Shown here piece after piece: positions 28,801 through 40,119 of a DNA stretch of 64,000 nt (positions are counted from its first letter, which is position 1; every line of letters begins with the position of its first letter). The stretch covers positions 1-64,000 of the forward strand of contig JAUCBJ010006329.1 of the NCBI GenBank assembly GCA_032718475.1, given 5' to 3'. Source of the stretch: Nemertoderma westbladi. Lineage: Eukaryota > Animalia > Xenacoelomorpha. The translations under genes were made by a program, and so were the position numbers. The notes under the pieces were generated by a model. That model searched no databases. It saw only the letters and a program-made list of their open reading frames with translations, and was not told the origin of the DNA.

Positions 28801-31800
28801 TGAATATGAAAATCGATGTCGTTTTTTGTAAAAAATCTGAGGATATTTTGATAAATTATTGCTGAAAAACCCCAAGGATTTTGACATGGCTTTAATACTC
28901 ATTATAATTCATGAAAAAACTGAGATATTTGAAGTGAATTATTGCATTACATAATAACTTTAACTCTAGCCACATTAGCAATACGATGAAACTATAATAA
29001 AAATTCTAGAACACAACAATATTAACAGGGAGATAGGCTACTTATCTCTTCATTCTGAGAGCCTCAAAAAGGGGGTGTTCCGACGCAATCAAAGTTCATC
29101 CATCTCCTGGGGAAAGACGAAGCAAATAACAGCTGATTACTTCTATAAATGTAAGTGTTACCTGTTCTTATGACTTTTGTTTAAGATTCTCTATCTCGTG
29201 GAGTGGATTAGAAGTTATAAATATGAAAATCGATGTGGTTTTTGAAAAAAATCAGAGGATATTTTGATAAATTATTGCTGAAAAACCCCAAGGATTTTGA
29301 CATGGCTTTAATACTTCATTATGTTCATAAAAAAACTGAGATATTTGAGGATTATTAAACTATAATAAATATTCTAGAACACAACAATATTAACAGGGAG
29401 ATAGGCTACTTATCTCTTCACTCTGAGAGCCTCAAGAACGGGGTGTTCCGACGAAATCAAATTTCATTCATCTCCATGGGAAAGACGACGCAAAGAACAG
29501 CTGATTACTTCTATAAATGTAAGTGTTACCTGTTCTTTTGAATTTCATTTAAGATTCGCTATCTCATAGAGTGGGTTAGAAGTTATAAATATGAAAATCG
29601 TTGTGGTTTTTGAAAAAAATCAAAGGATATTTTGATTAATTATTGCTGAAAAACACCAAGGATTTTAACATGGCTTTAATACTTCATTATGTTCATGAAA
29701 TAGCTGAGATATTTGAGGTGAATTATTGCATTACATAATAACTTTAACTGAAGCCACATTAGCAATACGATGAAACTATAATAAATATTCTAGAACACAA
29801 CAATATTAACAGGGAGATAGGCTACTTATCTCTCCACTCTGAGAGCCTCAAAAAGGGCGTGTTCCGGCGCTATCAAAATTCATCCATCTCCTGGGGAAAG
29901 ACGAAGCAAAGAACAGCTGATTACTTCTATAAATGAAAGTGTTACCTGCTCCTTTGACTTTCATTTAAGATTCTTTATCTTTTGGAGTGGGTTAGAAGTC
30001 ATGAATATGAAAAACGATGTCGTTTTTTGTAAAAAATCTGAGGATATTTTGATAAATTATTGCTGAAAAACCCCAAGGATTTTGACATGGCTTTAATACT
30101 TCATTATGTTCATGAAAAAACTGAGATATTTGAGGTGAATTATTGCATTACATAATAACTTTAACTCCAGCCACTTTAGCAATACGATGAAACTATACTA
30201 AATATTCTAGAACACAACAATATTAACATGGAGATAGGCTATTTATCTCTCCACTCAGGCAGCCACAGATAGGGAGGGGTGTTTTGACACAATCAAAATT
30301 CAACCATCTCCAGGGGAAAGACGAAGCAAATAACAGCTGATTACTTCTATAAATGTAAGTGTTACCTGTTCTTTTGACTTTCATTTAAGATTCGCTATCT
30401 CATAGAGTGGGTTAGAAGTTATAAATATGAAAATCGTTGTGGTTTTTGAAAAAAATCAAAGGATATTTTGATTAATTATTGCTGAAAAACACCAAGGATT
30501 TTAACATGGCTTTAATACTTCATTATGTTCATGAAATAGCTGAGATATTTGAGGTGAATTATTGCATTACATAATAACTTTAACTGCAGCCACATTAGCA
30601 ATACGATGAAACTATAATAAATATTCTAGAACACAACAATATTAACAGGGAGATAGGCTACTTATCTCTCCACTCTGAGAGCCTCAAAAAGGGCGTGTTC
30701 CGACGCTATCAAAATTCATCCATCTCCTGGGGAAAGACGAAGCAAAGAACAGCTGATTACTTCTATAACTGAAAGTGTTACCTGTTCTTATGACTTTCGT
30801 TTAAGATTCTCTATCTTGTGGAGTGGATTAGAAGTTATAAATATGAAAATCGATGTGGTTTTTGAAAAAAATCAGAGGATATTTTGATAAATTATTGCTG
30901 AAAAACCCCAAGTATTTTGACATGGCTTTAATACTCATTATATTCATGAAATAGCTGAGATATTTGAGGTGAATTATTGCGTTACATATTAACTTTGGCT
31001 CCAGCCGCTTTGGCAATACGATGAAACTATAATAAAAATTCTAGACCACAACAATATTAACAGGGAGATAGGCTACTTATCTCTTCATTCTGAGAGCCTC
31101 AAAAAGGGGGTGTTCCGACGCAATCAAAATTTATCCATCTCCTGGGGAAAGACGAAGCAAATAACAGCTGATTTCTTCTATAAATGAAAGTATTACCTGC
31201 TCTTTTGACTTTCATTTAAGATTCTCTATCTCGTGGAGTGGATTATAAGTTATAAATATGAAAATCGATGTGGTTTTTGAAAAAAATCAGAGGATATTTT
31301 GATAAATTATTGCTGAAAAACCCCAAGGATTTTGACATGGCTTTAATACTTCATTATGTTCATGAAAAAACTGAGATATTTGAGGATTATTAAACTATAA
31401 TAAATATTCTAGAACACAACAATATTAACAGGGAGATAGGCTACTTATCTCTTCACTCTGAGAGCCTCAAGAACGGGGTGTTCCGACGCAATCAAATTTC
31501 ATTCATCTCCATGGGAAAGACGACGCAAAGAACAGCTGATTACTTCTATAAATGTAAGTGTTACCTGTTCTTTTGAATTTCATTTAAGATTCGCTATCTC
31601 ATAGAGTGGGTTAGAAGTTATAAATATGAAAATCGTTGTGGTTTTTGAAAAAAATCAAAGGATATTTTGATTAATTATTGCTGAAAAACACCAAGGATTT
31701 TAACATGGCTTTAATACTTCATTATGTTCATGAAATAGCTGAGATAATTGAGGTGAATTATTGCATTACATAATAACTTTAACTGAAGCCACATTAGCAA

Positions 31801-34800
31801 TACGATGAAACTATAATAAATATTCTAGAACACAACAATATTAACAGGGAGATAGGCTACTTATCTCTCCACTCTGAGAGCCTCAAAAAGGGCGTGTTCC
31901 GACGCTATCAAAATTCATCCATCTCCTGGGGAAAGACGAAGCAAAGAACAGCTGATTACTTCTATAAATGAAAGTGTTACCTGCTCCTTTGACTTTCATT
32001 TAAGATTCTTTATCATTTGGAGTGGGTTAGAAGTCATGAATATGAAAAACGATGTCGTTTTTTGTAAAAAATCTGAGGATATTTTGATAAATTATTGCTG
32101 AAAAACCCCAAGGATTTTGACATGGCTTTAATACTTCATTATGTTCATGAAAAAACTGAGATATTTGAGGTGAATTACATAATAACTTTAACTCCAGCCA
32201 CTTTAGCAATACGATGAAACTATACTAAATATTCTAGAACACAACAATATTAACATGGAGATAGGCTATTTATCTCTCCACTCAGGCAGCCACAGATAGG
32301 GAGGGGTGTTTTGACACAATCAAAATTCAACCATCTCCAGGGGAAAGACGAAGCAAATAACAGCTGATTACTTCTATAAATGTAAGTGTTACCTGTTCTT
32401 TTGACTTTCATTTAAGATTCGCTATCTCATAGAGTGGGTTAGAAGTTATAAATATGAAAATCGTTGTGGTTTTTGAAAAAAATCAAAGGATATTTTGATT
32501 AATTATTGCTGAAAAACCCCAAGGATTTTAACATGGCTTTAATACTTCATTATGTTCATGAAATAGCTGAGATATTTGAGGTGAATTATTGCATTACATA
32601 ATAACTTTAACTGCAGCCACATTAGCAATACGATGAAACTATAATAAATATTCTAGAACACAACAATATTAACAGGGAGATAGGCTACTTATCTCTTTAT
32701 TCTGAGAGCCTCAAAAAGGGGGTGTTCCGACGCAATCAAAATTCATCCATCTCCTGGGGAAAGACGAAGCAAATAACAGCTGATTACTTCTATAAAGGAA
32801 AGTGTTACCTGTTCTTATGACTTTCGTTTAAGATTCTCTATCTCGTGGAGTGGATTATAAGTTATAAATATGAATATCGATGTGGTTTTTGAAAAAAATC
32901 AGAGGATATTTTGATAAATTATTGCTGAAAAACCCCAAGGATTTTGACATGGCTTTAATACTCATTATATTCATGAAATAGCTGAGATATTTGAGGTGAA
33001 TTATTGCGTTACATATTAACTTTGGCTCCAGCCGCTTTGGCAATACGATGAAACTATAATAAATATTATAGAACACAACAATATTAACAGGGAGATAGGC
33101 TACTTATCTCTCCACTCTGAGAGCCTCAAAAAGGGCATGTTCCGACGCTATCAAAATTCATCCATCTCCTGGGGAAAGACGAAGCAAAGAACAGCTGATT
33201 ACTTCTATAACTGAAAGTGTTGCCTGTTCTTATGACTTTCGTTTAAGATTCTCTATCTTGTGGAGTGGATTAGAAGTTATAAATATGAAAATCGATGTGG
33301 TTTTTGAAAAAAATCAGAGGATATTTTGATAAATTATTGCTGAAAAACCCCAAGTATTTTGACATGGCTTTAATACTCATTATATTCATGAAATAGCTGA
33401 GATATTTGAGGTGAATTATTGCGTTACATATTAACTTTGGCTCCAGCCGCTTTGGCAATACGATGAAACTATAATAAAAATTCTAGACCACAACAATATT
33501 AACAGGGAGATAGGCTACTTATCTCTTCATTCTGAGAGCCTCAAAAAGGGGGTGTTCCGACGCAATCAAAATTCATCCATCTCCTGGGGAAAGACGAAGC
33601 AAATAACAGCTGATTACTTCTATAAAGGAAAGTGTTACCTGCTCTTATGACTTTCGTTTAAGATTCTCTATCTCGTGGAGTGGATTATAAGTTATAAATA
33701 TGAAAATCGATGTGGTTTTTGAAAAAAATCAGAGGATATTTTGATAAATTATTGCTGAAAAACCCCAAGGATTTTGACATGGCTTTAATACTCATTATAT
33801 TCATGAAATAGCTGAGATATTTGAGGTGAATTATTGCGTTACATATTAACTTTGGCTCCAGCCCCTTTGGCAATACGATGAAACTATAATAAATATTCTA
33901 GAACACAACAATATTAACAGGGAGATAGGCTACTTATCTCTTCACTCTGAGAGCCTCAAAAACGGGGTGTTCCTACGCAATCAAATTTCATCCATCTCCA
34001 GGGGAAAGACGAAGCAAATAACAGCTGATTACTTCTATAAATGTAAGTGTTACCTGTTCTTTTGACATTCATTTAAGATTCACTATCTCATGGAGTGGGT
34101 TAGAAGTTATAAATATAAAAATCGATGTGGTTTTTGAAAAAAATCAAAGGATATTTTGATTAATTATTGCTGAAAAAACACCAAGATTTTGACATGGCTT
34201 TAATACTTCATTATGTTCATGAAATATCTGAGATATTTGAGGTGAATTATTGTATTACATATTAACTTTGGCTCCAGCCGCTTTGGCAATACGATGAAAC
34301 TATAATAAATATTCTAGAACACAACAATATTAACAGGGAGATAGGCTACTTATCTCTTCAATCTGAGAGCCTCAAAAAGGGGGGTGTTCTGACGCAATCA
34401 AAATTCATCCATCTACAGGGGAAAAACGAAGCAAAGAACAGTTGATTACTTCTATGAATGTAAGTGTTACCTGCTCCTTTGACTTTCATTTAAGATTCTT
34501 TATCTTTTGGAGTGGGTTAGAAGTCATGAATATGAAGAACGATGTCGTTTTTTGTAAAAAATCTGAGGATATTTTGATAAATTATTGCTGAAAAACCCCA
34601 AGGATTTTGACATGGCTTTAATACTTCATTATGTTCATGAAATAGCTGAGAAATTTGAGGTGAGTTGTTGTATTACATATTAACTTCGGCTCCAGCCGCT
34701 TTGGCAATACGATGAAACTATAATAAATATTCTAGAACACAACAATATTAACAGGGAGATAGGCTACTTATCTCTTCACTCTGAGAGCCTCAAAAACGGG

Positions 34801-37800
34801 GTGTTCCGACGCAATCAAATTTCATACATCTCCAGGGGAAAGACGAAGCAAAGAACAGCTGATTACTTCTATAAATGTAAGTGTTACCTGTTCTTTTGAC
34901 TTTCATTTAAGATTCGCAACCTCATGGAGTGGGTTAGAAGTTATAAATATGAAGATCGATGTGGTTTTTGAAAAAAATCAAAGGATATTTTGATTAATTA
35001 TTGCTGAAAAACACCAAGGATTTTGACATGGCTTTAATACTTCATTATGTTCATGAAATAGCTGAGAAATTTGAGGTGAATTGTTGCATTATATATTAAC
35101 TTCAGCTCCAGTCTCTTTGGCAATACGATGAAACTATAATAAATATTCTAGAACACAACAATATTAACAGGGAGATAGGATACTTATCTCTTCACTCTGA
35201 GAGCCTCAAAAAGGGGGTGTTCCGACGCAATCAAAATTCATCCATCTACAGGGGAAAAACGAAGCAAAGAACAGTTGATTACTTCTATAAATGTAAGTGT
35301 TACCTGCTCCTTTGACTTTCATTTAAGATTCTTTATCTTTTGGAGTGGGTTAGAAGTCATGAATATGAAGAACGATGTCGTTTTTTGTAAAAAATCTCAG
35401 GATATTTTGATAAATTATTGCTGAAAAACCCCAAGGATTTTGACATGGCTTTAATACTTCATTATGTTCATGAAATAGCTGAGAAATTTGAGGTGAGTTG
35501 TTGTATTACATATTAACTTCGGCTCCAGCCGCTTTGGCAATACGATGAAACTATAATAAATATTCTAGAACACAACAATATTAACAGGGAGATAGGCTAC
35601 TTATCTCTTCACTCTGAGAGCCTCAAAAAGGGGGTGTTCCGACGCAATCAAAATTCATCCATCTACAGGGGAAAAACGAAGCAAAGAACAGTTGATTACT
35701 TCTATAAATGTATGTGTTACCTGCTCCTTTGACTTTCATTTAAGATTCGCTATCTCGTGGAGTGGATTAGAAGTTATAAATATGAAAATCGATGTGGTTT
35801 TTGAAAAAAATCAGAGGATATTTTGATAAATTATTGCTGAAAAACCCCAAGCATTTTGACATGGCTTTAATACTTCATTATATTCATGAAATAGCTGAGA
35901 TATTTGAGGTGAATTATTGTATCACATATTAACTTCGGCTCCAGGCGCTTTGGCAATACGATGAAACTATAATATATATTCTAGAACACAACAATACTAA
36001 CAGGGAGATAGGCTACTTATCTCTTCACTATGAGAGCCTCAAAAAGGGGGTGTTCCGACGCAATCAAAATTCATCCATCTCCAGGGGAAAGACGAAGCAA
36101 ATAACAGCTGATTACTTCTATAAATGTAAGTGTTACCTATTCTTTTGACTTTCATTTAAGATACTTTATCTTGTGGAGTGGGTTAGAAGTCATGAATAAG
36201 AAAATCGATTTCGTTTTTTGTAAAAAATCCGAGGATATTTTGATAAATTATTGCTGAAAAAACACCAAGATTTTGACATGGCTTTAATACTTCATTATGT
36301 TCATGAAATATCTGAGATATTTGAGGTGAATTATTGTATTACATATTAACTTTGGCTCCAGCCGCTTTGGCAATACGATGAAACTATAATAAATATTCTA
36401 GAACACAACAATATTAACAGGGAGATAGGCTACTTATCTCTTCAATCTGAGAGCCTCAAAAAGGGGGGTGTTCTGACGCAATCAAAATTCATCCATCTAC
36501 AGGGGAAAAACGAAGCAAAGAACAGTTGATTACTTCTATGAATGTAAGTGTTACCTGCTCCTTTGACTTTCATTTAAGATTCTTTATCTTTTGGAGTGGG
36601 TTAGAAGTCATGAATATGAAGAACGATGTCGTTTTTTGTAAAAAATCTGAGGATATTTTGATAAATTATTGCTGAAAAACCCCAAGGATTTTGACATGGC
36701 TTTAATACTTCATTATGTTCATGAAATAGCTGAGAAATTTGAGGTGAGTTGTTGTATTACATATTAACTTCGGCTCCAGCCGCTTTGGCAATACGATGAA
36801 ACTATAATAAATATTCTAGAACACAACAATATTAACAGGGAGATAGGCTACTTATCTCTTCACTCTGAGAGCCTCAAAAACGGGGTGTTCCGACGCAATC
36901 AAATTTCATACATCTCCAGGGGAAAGACGAAGCAAATAACAGCTGATTACTTCTATAAATGTAAGTGTTACCTGTTCTTTTGACTTTCATTTAAGATTCG
37001 CAACCTCATGGAGTGGGTTAGAAGTTATAAATATGAAGATCGATGTGGTTTTTGAAAAAAATCAAAGGATATTTTGATTAATTATTGCTGAAAAACACCA
37101 AGGATTTTGACATGGCTTTAATACTTCATTATGTTCATGAAATAGCTGAGAAATTTGAGGTGAATTGTTGCATTATATATTAACTTCAGCTCCAGTCTCT
37201 TTGGCAATACGATGAAACTATAATAAATATTCTAGAACACAACAATATTAACAGGGAGATAGGATACTTATCTCTTCACTCTGAGAGCCTCAAAAAGGGG
37301 GTGTTCCGACGCAATCAAAATTCATCCATCTACAGGGGAAAAACGAAGCAAAGAACAGTTGATTACTTCTATAAATGTAAGTGTTACCTGCTCCTTTGAC
37401 TTTCATTTAAGATTCTTTATCTTTTGGAGTGGGTTAGAAGTCATGAATATGAAGAACGATGTCGTTTTTTGTAAAAAATCTCAGGATATTTTGATAAATT
37501 ATTGCTGAAAAACCCCAAGGATTTTGACATGGCTTTAATACTTCATTATGTTCATGAAATAGCTGAGAAATTTGAGGTGAGTTGTTGTATTACATATTAA
37601 CTTCGGCTCCAGCCGCTTTGGCAATACGATGAAACTATAATAAATATTCTAGAACACAACAATATTAACAGGGAGATAGGCTACTTATCTCTTCACTCTG
37701 AGAGCCTCAAAAAGGGGGTGTTCCGACGCAATCAAAATTCATCCATCTACAGGGGAAAAACGAAGCAAAGAACAGTTGATTACTTCTATAAATGTATGTG

Positions 37801-39498
37801 TTACCTGCTCCTTTGACTTTCATTTAAGATTCGCTATCTCGTGGAGTGGATTAGAAGTTATAAATATGAAAATCGATGTGGTTTTTGAAAAAAATCAGAG
37901 GATATTTTGATAAATTATTGCTGAAAAACCCCAAGCATTTTGACATGGCTTTAATACTTCATTATATTCATGAAATAGCTGAGATATTTGAGGTGAATTA
38001 TTGTATCACATATTAACTTCGGCTCCAGGCGCTTTGGCAATACGATGAAACTATAATATATATTCTAGAACACAACAATATTTACAGGGAGATAGGCTAC
38101 TTATCTCTTCACTCTGAGAGCCTCAAAAAGGGGGTGTTCCGATGCAATCAAAATTCTTCCATCTCCAGGGGAAAGACGAAGCAAATAACAGCTGATTACT
38201 TCTATAAATGTAAGTGTTACCAGTTCTTTTGACTTTCATTTAAGATTCTTTATCTTGTGGAGTGGGTTAGAAGTAATGAATAAGAAAATCGATTTCGTTT
38301 TTTGTAAAAAATCTGAGGATATTTTGATAAATTATTGCTGAAAAACCCCAACGATTTTGACATGGCTTTGATACTTCATTATTTTTCATGAAAATCTGAG
38401 ATATTTGAGGTGAATTATTGCATTACATAATAACTTTAACTGCAGCCACATTAGCAATACGATGAAACTATAATAAATCTTCTAGAACACAACCATATTA
38501 ACAGGGAGATAGGCTACTTATCTCTCCACTCTGAGAGCCTGAAAAAAGGGGGTGTTCCGACGCTATCAAAATTAATCCATCTCCTGGGGAAAGACGAAGC
38601 AAAGAACAGGTGATTACTTCTATAAATGAAAGTGTTACCTGCTCCTTTGACTTTCATTTAAGATTCTTTATCTTTTGGAGTGGGTTAGAAGTCATGAATA
38701 TGAAAAACGATATCATTTTTTGTAAAAAATCTGAGGATATTTTGATAAATTATTGGTGAAAAACCCCAAGGATTTTGACATGGCTTTAATACTTCATTAT
38801 GTTCATTAAAAAACTGAGATATTTGAGGTGAATTATTGCATTACATAATAACTTTAACTCCAGCCACTTTAGCAATACGATGAAACTATAATAAATATTG
38901 TAGAACACAACAATATTAACATGGAGAGGAGATAGGCTATTTATCTCTCCACTCAGACAGCCACAGATAGGGAGGGGTGTTTTGACACAATCAAAATTCA
39001 ACCATCTCCAGGGGAAAGACGAAGCAAATAACAGCTGATTACTTCTATAAAGGAAAGTGTTACCTGTTCTTATGACTTTCGTTTAAGATTCTCTATCTCA
39101 TGGAGTGGATTAGAAGTGATAAATATGAAAATCGATGTGGTTTTTGAAAAAAATCAGAGGATATTTTGATAAATTATTGCTGAAAAACCCCAAGGATTTT
39201 GACATGGCTTTATACTCATTATATTCATGAAATAGCTGAGATATTTGAGGTGAATTATTGCGTTACATATTAACTTTGGCTCCAGCCGCTTTGGCAATAC
39301 GATGAAACTATACTAAATATTCTAGAACACAACAATATTAACATGGAGATAGGCTATTTATCTCTCCACTCAGACAGCCACAGATAGGGAGGGGTGTTTT
39401 GACACAATCAAAATTCCACCATCTCCAGGGGAAAGACGAAGCAAATAACAGCTGATTACTTCTATAAAGGAAAGTGTTACCTGTTCTTATGACTTTCG
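19844..39498 (+). repeat. ~416-bp satellite, segment 3
   Basis: Continuous monomers, including a near-identical copy of 7120-15625 and a local ~2084-bp (5-monomer) tandem duplication. Confidence 0.97.
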
Positions 39499-40039
39499 TG
39501 TTAGCTTATTCAATCCCGCCAACACCCCATAAAGTTGTAAGCCGATAAGCAATATTGGGAGCCACGAGATTGGGCAATTAACCAACTCGTGCCATCCCAA
39601 TAAGAGTGGGAAGGAAGCACACAATAGAGGGTCAGGGGCCAAACCCCTAACCCAGAGGAAATAGGTGGAGTGAACGGGAATACTCCACGGGGCGCCAACA
39701 AGGGTATTAACCAATCAGAGGGGGGAAAGGCATCGATTGAGTAGCAGTAAGGCCACCGTGCAATATAACCAGTAACCTATTAATCAGTGATTCAGTTATC
39801 TCAGTGCAGCAGTGCTAGCGTAGGTTGGTAATCAATTAGTTTAGTTAGGGGATCACGGGACTTTAGTTACCGTATCCCGCCTTGTACACATTATATCTAT
39901 ATCTATATCTTATGCCCTATCATTATTATACACCGAACTTCAGAACTCAGACACTTTATTTCACCCTTATACACGGCGGGGACGCGTGGACTAAATTACC
40001 ACATCAGATAAATCGGGATCCCTCCTGGATCCCGTCACA
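39499..40039 (+). repeat. 5' LTR (541 bp)
   Basis: Starts TGTTAGC, ends GTCACA. Direct repeat of 53330-53870 with 3 substitutions seen by eye. Several TCAGT Inr-like motifs at ~39784-39805. Confidence 0.96.
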
Positions 40040-40119
40040 GTAACTAAATCCGAGCTGCCGCCCCAGTTAAACTCTGAGAACTACACTGCTAGCTAGTCGA
40101 ACTCCACCGAGCAGACGAG

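Noticed and set aside
2164-39001. Many recurring 60-90-aa ORFs (MPKRLEPKLIC..., MFRRNQNSS..., MTQSKFNHL...)
   Set aside because: Chance frames in satellite monomers; they open and close with single indels, mostly use non-ATG starts, and have no recognisable domain.
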